In this document: positions 1 through 11,315 of the stretch, piece by piece
Layout of the letters: every line of letters begins with the position of its first letter
Position numbering within the stretch: the stretch's first letter is position 1
IMG/VR virus record: IMGVR_UViG_3300021387_000199
Location: 32,001-96,000 of that record
Length of the DNA stretch: 64,000 nucleotides
Origin: a virus
Taxonomy: Duplodnaviria; Caudoviricetes
Direction: 5' to 3' (one strand)
Notes under the pieces: generated by a model
Databases searched by the model: none
What the model was told of the DNA's origin: nothing
Seen by the model: the letters and a program-made list of their open reading frames with translations, nothing else
Program-made: the position numbers and the translations under genes

Positions 1-283
1 GATACATCCACTCGATCACCATCGCCTGTACGATCACGTCTTCTACGAAAGCGTCCTCTGAAGCGGAATCACCACTGTTTATCCGCGTCCTGAGGACGTA
101 AGATACTTCTTCGAAATCGTCGTCCTGAGAGACAGAAGAGAAGAGTCTGCGGACCTCAGGTCTCGCTAAACCTCTTCTCAAATAGTCCCCAAGGATAGAT
201 TTCCTGTCTTTATTAGACATGGCTAATAGCGAAGGATCCTTTACGCGAGAGAGGAAGCTTCCATAGATATCATTGTATTCCAT
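1..283 (-). CDS. Putative head-tail adaptor/head completion protein (runs off the window edge)
   Basis: ATG at 283 with GGAGG SD; open to position 1 (MEYNDIYGSFLSRVKD...); lies downstream of the capsid genes. Confidence 0.55.
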   Translation of the reverse strand, partial: MEYNDIYGSFLSRVKDPSLLAMSNKDRKSILGDYLRRGLARPEVRRLFSSVSQDDDFEEVSYVLRTRINSGDSASEDAFVEDVIVQAMVIEWMY

Positions 284-302
284 AACGGCTTCCTCCTTTC
301 TA

Positions 303-986
303 TTACCCGAGGAAATCCATTAAACACGTTCCCGTAATATCATCAATCATCTTAATCTTCTGGATTTCAGGATAATTTTCAGCCTTGATCATGGACGTAG
401 CTGTAACCTGAATGATTGAACGAACAGTACGGTTACCCGTTCTTAAAAGCTCTTCGAACGTCTTGTCTGGAAGACGGAACAGCTCCTCGGGATAATCAAC
501 CCCGATGAACGGTTTATAGGCTTCAGCAAGGTCTTTCCCCCACTGAGCAACAAGATCCTGATCCTGAATAAGGACAAGAGGCTCCTTGACAATGTCTTTG
601 GTTCTCCAGGAAAGAAGATCGCCGTAGCGCACATCCTCCTCGTCGCCCCAACCTTCCCATGTATATACACGGCTATGGTCGCTAGAATCCATAATCAACT
701 TCCACGGTGTAACTGATACACACGTAATCATGTCTTCAGACGAAAACTTCTTCGTAGGTCTCTTTGTTTCAGGTTTCTTAATAGGATTCTTCTTCGTCTC
801 CTCAATAGCTTCAGACATCTGCTTTGGTTCAGGCTTTTTCTAAAAATGCTTACGAGCAATAGCAATCATGTCATCGGACGCCACCTGAAGATGAGAAGAA
901 ACCTTATTAAATCCAGCCTCATTCAAATAAGCGATCAAATCTTTATTCTTAACGCCTAGTTCTTTTGATAATTCATTAATTTTCAT
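303..986 (-). CDS. Virion-module protein with an N-terminal IF2_N-like domain, 227 aa, 1 in-frame TAG (840-842)
   Basis: ATG at 986 (MKINELSKELGVKNKDLIAYLNEAGF) is in frame with ORF 303..818 through one TAG; ends TAA. Confidence 0.7.
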
Positions 987-1021
987 TGTCCATTTTTCCC
1001 CTTTTTCTTATCAGAATAAGA

Positions 1022-3260
1022 TCAGCCCGTGATCTTAATCTCACCAAACAGCTGATTAACAACGGTTCCGATACCTTCCTGGTACTGGATCTCACCGTCA
1101 ACTGTCATATCCTTCTTACCACCGTCCGTACCAGTCTCATAGTAAGCAACATCTCCCTCATTAATGAGCTTGATCGGCTTATCAGAGTTCTTCGGCATGA
1201 TCAGAATCTTATTGTTGTCGCTCTGAGAGAACACATTGGTGCGAGTTCCGGCCTTGTTAACCCTCTTCAGCGGAAGAAGATCATAACCTTCCCAGCTACC
1301 GAGCATACCATTCTCATGGCGCTCCTGCTTCATCTCATTCGACCAAATATTGTAACTAACGGTATTCTCAAGCTTCAGAAGAGCAGCCTTAGTACCGACA
1401 AGCGTTACATCCTAACCAGTCACGGAAGTGATGAATTCACAATGCTCAACAATCGCCTGACGAGTATTCTCGGAAACAGCAGTCTGAAGAATCATATCTG
1501 TCGGCAGAGCCTGATCAACAGCCATAAACGCTGTGAACAGAGCATCCCAACGATTCGCTTCGATGGAACGATACATACGATCAACCATCTCCGCAAAATC
1601 AATACGACCAAGCATCATCAGCTCGAAGTCAGCATAAACCTTGATGACATACCAGCTAGTCTCAATTGAGAAAGCCTTACCCGGCTTAAGAGCCTGTCTA
1701 ACACCTTCTGTTTAACTTATATTATTCCCTATTAATAAACTTCCAATGATAACCACCACAAGTATGACGTTCACCTTTACACACCTTAAGAATACAACTG
1801 CCGTCCAGAGATAATTCTTTTCCAGCCGCCGTAGCGTCCTGATATGTCTTTCCTGATTCCACGCAAAGAACAGGAGTAGTATTTCTTCTCCAAGAAACTG
1901 TGCCCATTTTCTTCTCGCTCATTTTCCTTTTGGATTCTTCAGTGTGGTGTCTGCCATACATTCCATTATTTTCACCCATTATCTTCGCTTTTATAGAGGG
2001 ATCAGCCCATTGTTTAAGAGCATTTTCGCTCTGTATTTTCCTTCTATTAGGATCGGAATAGGTCTTTTTAATTGACACACTCATCTTATTCTTAAGTTCA
2101 TCAGAAAAAGAGTTGAAATCCTGACCTCCAGATTTAAGGTTGTATCCTTTATCTCTATCCAATGTGCCATATTTCTCAATGTAATATCTTTCTTTATCAT
2201 TGAGCTATGTTTCGCCACATTCTTCTAAGATATAAAATAAGAACATTTCCTATCCATACTTTATCCACGACTTCTGAAGATAATCGTTATGATGTAAACC
2301 CATATTTAATTCGGAGATGTGTCTTCTCCATCGATCAGCTATGTTTGTAGACTGACCAATATACTTTTTATTATTTACAGCATTTTCAATACAATATATG
2401 CCGCTAATCACTTTTTCCATATTAATCACTTTCTTTATTAGGGAATAATTTTATAGGGTCGCTACACCCCGTCGAGTTAATAACTCCACAAGCTTTTACT
2501 TGTGAGTAGACTATATCTTCCTCTATAAAAGAGGCGCACCATTTCCGATTAAGGGAATTTCACCCGCCCGCTTGGGCCGTACTCCTGTTGTGGTTTCCCA
2601 CCTATGGGATAGTCGTTGAACCTTCCTCTATTCGAGGCTTGGCTGCTGATTTCCTATTCTCAAAAGCACTTAGGATTTAACCTTATGCTATCCAACTGAT
2701 TCTTTCTACTTTCGTAACCATCACACTTAGGCATATTTCATCCTTATGTTGTGGTTCAGTTGGCTTTAAGGGTTTCCAGCAGTTAAATGCGTATTTTTTC
2801 ATGCCGCTCTTGCGACACGGACGCTATTAGACAAGTTAACGTCATGGTGATTTCCAGCAAACTTAGACACTGTAAGCAGAGAATCATCAGTTACCCAGAA
2901 CTGATTCAGATCGCCATCAGCGATGTTGATCTGCTCAACATACTCCTGGAAGAACGCATTGTTGGCATTCCAACCAGAGGTCATGCGGTCAACAAGAACA
3001 CGCTCTACGAGAGAGTAAACTTCCGGGGCGTGAAGCCGACGAGCCTGTCTGCGCTCCATAGCACTAGCAGTCTTATAATCCTGAAGACCAAGGATAGCGT
3101 TAAACTGCTTTGTAATAGCCTTCTGCATCTCTTCGCGAGTATACTGAGAGTAATCACGGTTCGCAGCCTGATCAAGCATACTTTCGAAAGCAATAACGTT
3201 GTCAAGTTTTCCTTCAAACTGATTCATAACATGATCAGAAAAAGTCTTAAAAAGTTTCAT
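1022..3260 (-). CDS. Major capsid protein (SPbeta YonB-like), spliced: exon 1 3260-2839, exon 2 1703-1022; 367 aa; 1 in-frame TAG (1412-1414)
   Basis: Exons (422+682 nt) join in frame as ...FAGNHHDV/VRQALKPG...; position after protease and head decoration genes; ends TGA. Confidence 0.85.
1704..2838 (-). mobile_element. Group I intron (1135 nt) in the major capsid gene
   Basis: Core elements AACTGCTGGAAAC, AATCAGCAG, GTTCAACGACTA, AAGATATAGTCT; P1 GACGU/GCGUC with U-G at the 5' splice site; P10 UUGUCUAAUA pairs with exon 2 start UGUUAGACAG; terminal G at 1704. Confidence 0.92.
1722..2420 (-). CDS. Intron-encoded GIY-YIG homing endonuclease with NUMOD-type C-terminal motifs, 232 aa, 2 in-frame TAG (2250, 2205)
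   Basis: MEKVISGIYCIENAVNNKKYIGQS (GIY-YIG) in frame with ORF 1722..2162; GENNGMYGRHHTEESKRKMS and TCGGYHW motifs. Confidence 0.9.
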
Positions 3261-3288
3261 AACTTATTCCTCCTTTCTTCAAGATTTA

Positions 3289-3912
3289 TTAGATCTGTAC
3301 ATTCTGAATGCACTGGATCCTGACAATGGTCGTAAGACCAATATTGTCATAAGCGATAGAATGAACCTTACCAATGAAACCATTGGTAGCGCCAGTTTCT
3401 CCAGCCATCTTCGGAGCAGTAGCGGTGGAAGCAACAGCAACCCACATTCCAGTTCCGTCCCAAGTTACATAGTTACCAACCTTGATGTTCGCCTTGGAAG
3501 CATCGGTAAACTGATAATCCGCAACAGCAAAGACCTCATGAGAATCATTGAGAACTTCATAAGCCTTAGACAGACGACCAGCCTTATTCGTGAACTTGGA
3601 CGGAATCTCGTCAGAAGCCACGCGGGCATCCTTCACGACTGCCGGGGTTCCGATGACAGCAATCTTATCACCAACACCAGCGATCTTCGCATAAACCTCC
3701 TGGAGGCCGTTGCCGGTGAAATCCTCAATCTTAACGGCAACACCGTTATCCACTTCAATCGGATCCTTTGTAGTTACAGCGTCCTGACCTTCGCCAGTGG
3801 TATGCGCTACATAAACCAGAGCGTCGTAGATTCTTCCTACGTCTGTGGCCTTAAGCCTAGAACTTTCGAAAATTCCATGGCGGCCATTAGCCTGACTATT
3901 TACATAAGCCAT
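3289..3912 (-). CDS. Putative head decoration/structural protein (YonC-like position)
   Basis: Intact 207-aa ORF with SD, between the protease and capsid genes; no TAG. Confidence 0.6.
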   Translation of the reverse strand: MAYVNSQANGRHGIFESSRLKATDVGRIYDALVYVAHTTGEGQDAVTTKDPIEVDNGVAVKIEDFTGNGLQEVYAKIAGVGDKIAVIGTPAVVKDARVASDEIPSKFTNKAGRLSKAYEVLNDSHEVFAVADYQFTDASKANIKVGNYVTWDGTGMWVAVASTATAPKMAGETGATNGFIGKVHSIAYDNIGLTTIVRIQCIQNVQI

Positions 3913-3994
3913 AGTTTTATTCCTCCTTCTTTATTATTTTTCACACACATAAAAAAGAGACGGTAATCCGCCTCTAATGTTCCCGTATTCAATA

Positions 3995-5605
3995 TTACTT
4001 TCTTCCCATCAATCCGTTCAGGAAGTCGTTCGTGTCATCATCCCTCTGAAGGAATGAGAATACCTTCGGCTGCTTCTTAGGCTGATCCTTCGGCTCTTCC
4101 TCAGCAAAATTCTGTTTCTTCGGCTTCGCGCCATCGAACTGAGCCGCAAACGCCAGCTCACACTGAGTCTTCAGTTCATCGAGAGAATAGTTCTCCTTGT
4201 TCTCTCTAAGAGTCTTAAACTCATTAGTGTCAGCGTATTCAGCGTACTTATCAGAATTCAGGATCTCATCTCGCTGAGCATTAAATTCGGCCAGCTCGTA
4301 CTTAGAAACCTTTTCCTGAAGAGAAGAGTAGTTAGCCCTCATTTCATTCAGAGATTCAAGTTCCTCGTCCGTCACGTATTCCGCGTGAAGAGCGTAGCGG
4401 TCACCATCAAGGTTCACGTTGTCGCCGTCTACGGTATACTTAGAACCCCAGATCTGATTAGACCAGAAACCGGAAGCGACAAACTTACCGTCGTATACCT
4501 TATCAATGAAATACCAGTCATTGTCTTCTTCATCCCAGCTAGAGATCAGGTTGTACAGCGCGTACCGGATATCCTCATGAGATATCTCAAAGTTGACGCT
4601 ATAGTTCAGCCCGTCACGAGTTCCTTCTCTATGGATAGAGTAATTCTCTTCTTCGGAAGAAGTGTTCTCGTTCTCTTCAGGCTGATTCTCGGTCTGGGAG
4701 TTTTCCTGAGTCTGAGCGTTTTCTTCAGTCTGAGTATTTTCTTCGTTCAGGTTTTCCTGAGTCTGAGTATTCTCTTCATTCTGATTCTATTCGTTCAGAT
4801 TCACGTTTTCATTTTCCATCGTGTTTTCCTCCTTCCTACTGTTTTTATTCAAACCTTCAAGGGTCTTCTGAAGCTCCTTGAAGGAATTGATCAGAGAATT
4901 CATCTGATCTTCTGAGAAGTTGATAGTGGGTTCCGGTTCACTATAGGCAAAGTCTTCCAGTTGGAGTTTACTACCAACCATACCTTCACCAACATCTTCG
5001 CCGAGAAGGCAACAGCCCGCCACCTCAACATCCGAAAGCTCCAGATACTTTTCCTTCGCGTTATAAGAGCAAGCATTGACCAGAAGTTCGACAGACACCT
5101 TAGTCCCACCTTTTCTCTCGATGATGTTAGCAGCGTGAGTATAATCCCTAGGGATAGCGCACTGAGCATACACGTAGCTCTTCTGATGGTCTTCATCGAA
5201 CTGGATATACGGATCCTTTGCTGTGAAGCAACCAACCTGTTTCTCGATGTATGTCACATTACCATCATCATCTATCTACATATCATGGGCATGGAAGTCT
5301 TCTTCGCCGCTTTCCTCATCTGTAACGATGCTCGCCAGAATGGGCTTATACTTAATGCCGGACAAACAGTTCTTTGCAGCTTCCTAAGTGACGGCACTCC
5401 CATTCCTATTTCTTCCGATGTGGAAGGCGCGGATAGTGGCGTAGAGCATAGTATCCGAGTCAGATTCAGTATCCTATTCAAACCGAGCCGGAACAAGAAC
5501 CCCGATCTTATAGCCGGATTCCTCAGAACTGAAATTTACATTTCGTTTCTTCTTCTCAAAGAAGGAATACAGATCATCCAAAGTCAGTATTTTCTTCCTC
5601 TGCAA
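3995..5605 (-). CDS. Prohead protease/scaffold protein (YonD-like), 536 aa, 4 in-frame TAG (5474, 5384, 5276, 4787)
   Basis: TTG start after AAGGAGGTG; FHIGRNRNGS and KVSVEL motifs; acidic E/N/Q repeat linker; joins ORFs 4787..5257 and 3995..4417. Confidence 0.8.
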
Positions 5606-5623
5606 CCAGATCACCTCCTTTAC

Positions 5624-5818
5624 TTAAAAATTCAACTTGTTAGTAAACGCCGCCTTTTTAAGATCAGCGTCTCCAAAATTCAATTTAGAGTCATTGACAA
5701 ACGTCGCAGTCTTCCCGTCGTCGGCTATCATCATAAAGCCGAGAGAGAGGAGAGTCTGCCGGGTATGTCTGTCCTGAGTTTTAATGAATTTATATTTGTC
5801 AGTTACCTTTTCCATCAC
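5624..5818 (-). CDS. Small hypothetical protein between portal and protease
   Basis: 64-aa ORF overlapping the portal stop codon. Confidence 0.6.
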   Translation of the reverse strand: MMEKVTDKYKFIKTQDRHTRQTLLSLGFMMIADDGKTATFVNDSKLNFGDADLKKAAFTNKLNF

Positions 5819-7368
5819 TTATTCCCCTTATCCTCATTTTTACCGCTGTCTCTAGTGGAAATACCTTCAGGCGAAAGATCACCTTCGTCCTTTTCAGGAG
5901 CACCGCCTTCCCCAGACTGTGTATAGGAAGTCTGAAGCGGCTTCATATAATCCTGTATACCAAGAATGTCGTTTTCAAACCTGAGCTTGTTAATCGCGGT
6001 CAGCGGATCATCACCGAGAGCGACCAAATAGTCTACCTTGCTTCCGCCTAATGTCGCGGCTTCTTTCTTTTCCGCTACATAATCGTCATGGTTGTAGCGG
6101 GTAAGATCGAATATTTCTAAGCAACAGACTTCAGTGATATTCTTCTTAATGAAGAAATTCAGCCAGCTTTCGATCCTGCGAATCCAGATTGAAATCTTGC
6201 CAAGGTCATTGGCAATGGAATACTTGATACCATTGGCGTTAGACGAACTTCCTGAGCTGATGATCAGTTTGTTGATACCAGCGTTCGCAAACAGATTATT
6301 CATGGCGTTGCCAAGCTAATCAGTGTCCGCCGTAGAAGTAGACTTCTCGAAAGACACCACCTCAACATCACACGGGGTAGTGCCGACGCCAACGTTATTC
6401 GGGACAGCCTCTTCCTCCAGGGCCTGGAAATAATTGAGCATATCCAAAGACACCGCGAAGTCGTCCACGTCCTCAGTGTTCTTCAGGAACGGGATCTTGT
6501 TCAGAATCAGTTTATAATTCTGAAGCTCATTCTTGTTCGCGATTAAGGTTTCGGTATCCAGAAGCTGAAGCAGAGACTTAAACAGTGGCAGGAAATAGGG
6601 GAGCGGCATATAGAATTCATCAGAAGTAGTCGCGATGAAACAAGCGGTCAATTCCGGTGTGAGCTGGAACCACTGGTAATCACGGCCACCATTTTTATAA
6701 TTATTATATCCGTCTACAAAACACGGATCCCAGAGACCGGTGCCTTCGTCGTCACCTTCGGTCACGAAATCCTTATTATTTCCCTGATCAAAATAAGAAG
6801 CGTCGAAATAAACGATCCACTGACCTTCTGCGGTCTTACCGTAAATTCGGCAATACTTGACATCCAGAGGCATCAGGAACATCCCGTCTTCTTCAGAATT
6901 GTACATAAAGCCGACGAACATTCCGTCTCTGAGCATCTGAAAGATAATGTCGTTCATCTCCCCAGCAAGGTCAAAGCCGTGGAAGAGTTGTACCGTATGG
7001 TAGTACTCTTTGAGCTACTTATTGCTCATCGACTTCGTGAGGTCCGTGAGAGGGGTGATATTATATCTATACTCATACATCGACGCGTAGTATTGAAGCA
7101 TCAGTTTATACGGCATAGATACCCGCGTAAGAAAGCGCGAGATCTCGCGGATATTATCCAGGTTATTTAACGGAGACTGAGCATAAGTATCCAGAGATTC
7201 TCTGGTGTACTGGGTAAAAGTCTTCGTAAAGTTCTTAGAGGGATTACGCTGAAGTATCCTGTCAGAGATAGCTTGAAAGAATGTGGGGTCACCCTCCTGG
7301 GCACGATTCCTCTTCAGTTTATTATTGTTATTACTTCCCCAAAAATTTAAAATACCCGTAGCGATCAC
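5815..7368 (-). CDS. Portal protein (YonE-like), 2 in-frame TAG (7015, 6316); start is GTG 7368 or ACG 7359
   Basis: ORFs 7015..7368, 6316..6957 and 5815..6303 share one frame; follows terminase; C-terminal PLQTSYTQSG-GGAP motif. Confidence 0.82.
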
Positions 7369-7375
7369 CTCCTTC

Positions 7376-9439
7376 TTACGAATATCTTGTTACTTTCACA
7401 GGTCTGCGAATTCGCAGCATATCTTTATAGTTGCTCTCAATTTTACGAGTAGGAATAATCTGTTTCCGACGCTCTAACATGAGGGCAAAACACGCCATTG
7501 CGGACACATAGGCGCGGTCATCATGCATACGTGAAGCCTTTTCTGGAATCAATTCAAATGAATCCTTACCTGACTATCTCCGTTTCCTTACCATGTTCGT
7601 AAGTTCCTATTTGAGAGCGTCCATATTAGCGAGAGCTATCTTATCTTCCCAATCAAGCTTGATAGTTTTCGTTTCAAGCTCTGACGTCAACTCCTACTTG
7701 AGCCGCTTTTCAAAATCTACCTCGTTGAGTTTCTATTTCTTCAGCTTCTCTACGAGTTTAGCCTTCTTCTTAGCGGTTTCTTCCTCGTCGATGTCGAACA
7801 CTGTCAAATGATCTTTGTTATCATAAGGCGCAGTAAAAGACACCTTATCCTGATTCATTAACTCGATCATGGATTCAAACATCTCAGATTTATACTGAGA
7901 CGGGGAGATAAGACGGAGCTTATCTACAGCGTTCGGGAATTTCTTCACGTATTCAGAAGAGTATTCCTTATCAATCAAACCCCGATGAATAATTCCTTCA
8001 GAATCAGTCCAGTCTGGCATAAGAAAGTCGGCTATATTTACGCCGCCTCCACCAGATCCGGCATCAACAAAAACGCCTATGATATTCCCGTAAGCATCGG
8101 CCCCGCCGTTATAAGCGAGAATTACCTTCTTCAAATATTCAATCTGATCAGGCGTTTGCATAGGCGACTTAATCCTTTTACCTACATCAACAAGATTGAT
8201 ACAATTGACAAAACGCATTCGTTTGTCTATGGCGCCATCAATTCTGATAAAATCGTATATCTACGCTACCAGAATCACGGAATTGTCGCGACTTCGGGCC
8301 GGGTCATAACAGATCACAAACTTTTTATCTCCAGTGTCGTTGTATAGAAGAGGCTTTCTGGTCTCTTCATTACGAATGATAACTGATCGTTTGATGATCG
8401 CATCGGTTCCGGCATCTGTCGTGAATTCACAGTAATACTCACGACGGGCTTTGTCAGGATTGGTTCTAAGCTCACTCTAAATAATCGAAGATTCGAAGAG
8501 TGGGTTCATTAATTTACCGTGGATAGTCGGATGAAGTGGGATATCACATGTTATCACAGCCACGAAATATCTTTTATCACCCATGATCATTCTCTTGGAA
8601 AATTCCCTGAAAAAGCTATAAAACTTCGTATCTGTTGAAGAAGCAGAAGATATGTAAAATAATTGGTTAGGTATTTCTCTCGGAAGAGTGCGAAGTCTAA
8701 CGGAGTCAATCATATTTCCGTTTCCGTCGCGTCCTGATTTAAACGATTTGTTAACGATAGCGAAAGCGCCGTAGACGTTCATCATTTCCTAAGACAAGAA
8801 ACCACATTCATCAAAGATTACATTGCCTCGAGCTCCGCGCTTCTTATCAATATTGCTATTTAATGTCTGTGTATAAGACCCATTATACAAATTATAATTA
8901 AATCCGTTCGATGAATGGCTAAAACCGTCGCCGGCACTATTATGAATTTCAACCTCATTTTTAAAAACGTTAAAGGTTGAACCCATAAACGAGTCAATGT
9001 TGTCATTCGCCAATCTTTCCAAAGTTGTAAATGTTTGTTCTGCTTGGCTTCCAGATCCACTGGCTATATATGTCCAATAATTATTCATCAACATATCATG
9101 AGCCATTGTAATAATATCAATTACGGAACTTTTCCCGTAACCTCGGCTTGCGACCAATAAAACATTTGGACAAATCCACGCTTGCTGGACAATCCAAGCT
9201 TGAGAATCTAAAAGCTATACATTAAACCAGTCGTTTATAAACCTAACGGGGTTACACTGATAGTACTTCTGAGCATAGGCGATTTTTATCAAAGACTATA
9301 TCTTTCTCTGAGAAAGGGCATAGATACCTTCCCTGACAAATATTTTATTTCCCTGATAATGGTTTTTCAGTTTATGCTCAGACACTTTACCCTAATCTAT
9401 AAGCGACTGTTTTACTTGTTCAAAATCATCCAGTTTCAT
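7376..9439 (-). CDS. Terminase large subunit (YonF-like), 687 aa, 10 in-frame TAG
   Basis: ATG 9439 with GGAGGTG; Walker A ASRGYGKS, Walker B VIFDE, nuclease YDPAR and HDDRAY; TAGs at 9392, 9296, 9215, 8789, 8477, 8261, 7733, 7694, 7607, 7574; ends TAA. Confidence 0.9.
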
Positions 9440-10712
9440 CAGAATCACCTCCTTCTTCGGCGGCAAATTCTGAATACAAACTTTCAAGATCGATATACTT
9501 ATATCCGGCGATTTCAATATCTTGATCCTTAATAAAATCCCTTAAATCAAGATTCTCGGACAATAATATTCGGGATATCTATATATACTTATCCAAATCA
9601 GACTGAAGCTTGGTAATCATCTATCTCTGCCCAGCAACCATGTCTGACCACTCTGATTCATCCAGCCTAAGCTGCTGTAGAATAGAGGCATTACTTAAAT
9701 CCATGACTTGACGCATTGCCTTCGCGGTTTCAATGTCAAATCCGTTCATACGACCCTGTCTCAAATCAAGATCCTTAATTCGCTTAAGTTTTCCTGACCA
9801 CGTATTCTATCCTTTCTTCGCATTTTTATTGTTCTTCAGTGAGATGCAAGATTCCGCAGCTAGACTAGTAATCTGCGAAGTCAACTTTTGTTTGGAATCC
9901 TGAAGACTCTTAATTGTGGCAGAGTTTCGCTCAATATTCTTCGGATTGGACATCAGATGAGCAATAGTATTATCCAACTTTTGAACCTGAAGAAACCCTC
10001 TGACGATAGAGATACAGGAGGAATTCCTCATCATATCATCATTTTCATCGCCGCCGGCATCAATCAGACCGATCAACTGAGAGTATAGGAACGGCTGATC
10101 TGACACAGCCTCCATGTCAAACGGATCGTACCCTAAAAGCCGGGTAACGTCCTTTTTGTTCTTCTGGTAATCGTCCAGATTCTATGTGCCGACCTGTTTC
10201 TTTATTTTTTCTTCCTCAGGAATTTCGTCATCATAAACGATCTTCTTCTTGTAGAAATCGGAATCAAAATAGGTTTCCCCTACATATTGACCCATAGCGA
10301 CGTTCTTAATATAAGCCGTCCAAACATTGGTCTTTATCTTTCCTGTAATCAAATTCTCGGACTCCTGAACAGATGAGTCCCAGAGAGAATTATGATACGG
10401 TTTATTCAGATACTTCAGTGCCAACTGGACAGATTCCTTAGTCGGTTCGTGTTCATCACCGTTGCGATCTACTCTGAGCGCGATCTTACGAGCGCACTAT
10501 TTACAGATCGGGGTAATCCCCGACTGTATCATCGGATCCGTACTCACGTAAAAATGATCCTTGCTCTTATGTGTATCACACATATAGCAGTAGCCATAAG
10601 TAGAATACTTCGCGAGCTTCTACTTCATTTTTTCGTTTTCTTCTCTTACCTGAGCAATCGGCACCTTCCCAGTTTTCGGTGTCGCTGCCGGCGTAGTTTT
10701 CTTTCGCGGCAT
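9426..10712 (-). CDS. Zn-finger protein upstream of terminase (possible small terminase), 428 aa, 6 in-frame TAG
   Basis: ATG 10712 with SD; CYMC and CK*C motifs; TAGs at 10620, 10497, 10182, 9807, 9621, 9579; ends TGA overlapping the terL start. Confidence 0.75.
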
Positions 10713-10743
10713 AATCGCCACCTCCTTATCCTTTTATCCTCAA

Positions 10744-10814
10744 CAGCCGATCCACGAATTGAACGTGGCCCTCTTGGGTCAAAGCCAAGTTTGCTCCCTC
10801 TACACTAATCGGCT
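10744..10814 (-). tRNA. tRNA with anticodon UUG (nominally Gln) and an atypical body; no encoded CCA
   Basis: Cloverleaf: AGCCGAT/ATCGGCT acceptor, CTTGG-CTTTGAC-CCAAG anticodon arm, CCACG-TTCAATT-CGTGG T arm, discriminator G. Confidence 0.88.
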
Positions 10815-10953
10815 ACGTGTATATATGCTAACCCCCAGAGCTAGGCTTTATGCCCAGCCCCGAGAGAAAGTCTCTTATTTAGGAAAGACCTGAAAGAAGA
10901 GGAATAATATACGTCCCCGTGATTCCTTTCTTCCCTCAGGTCTATTGTTTTCA

Positions 10954-11232
10954 TTACTTAATGTTCAGGTAGTCCATGACAGCCGGCATAAACTTTACCT
11001 TCGCGACCACCTTCTCCGGGACAATAATCTTCTCACCGTTCTTCGGGTTTCTGCCCTCATGCTCGGGCTTTACCTGAGTTGAAATAGTGGCGAAATTCGC
11101 CAGCTTTACCTGGGAATCACGCTTCATTCCCTCAGTAATCCCCTTGAGTACTGCGTCAATATAAGCAGCCGCATCCTTCTTGGATCCACCGGTCTGCTTA
11201 GCTACTTCAATAATCAAATCTGCTCTAGTCAT
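10954..11232 (-). CDS. hup: HU family DNA-binding protein
   Basis: MTRADLI...GRNPKNGEKIIVP HU/IHF signature. Confidence 0.92.
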   Translation of the reverse strand: MTRADLIIEVAKQTGGSKKDAAAYIDAVLKGITEGMKRDSQVKLANFATISTQVKPEHEGRNPKNGEKIIVPEKVVAKVKFMPAVMDYLNIK

Positions 11233-11315
11233 AGTTTTCTCCTTTAATCCTTATAATCCTTTTATAATTTTCTTTTAAAATAGCTACGGCCACTAAAACC
11301 GTAGCTATCACTTAA

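Noticed and set aside
7376-9439. TAG=Gln (code 15) or pyrrolysine
   Set aside because: Contexts match Glu (sometimes Asp) positions in recalled motifs and in the internal repeat, and no pyl genes are visible. Disfavoured rather than excluded until alignments are run.
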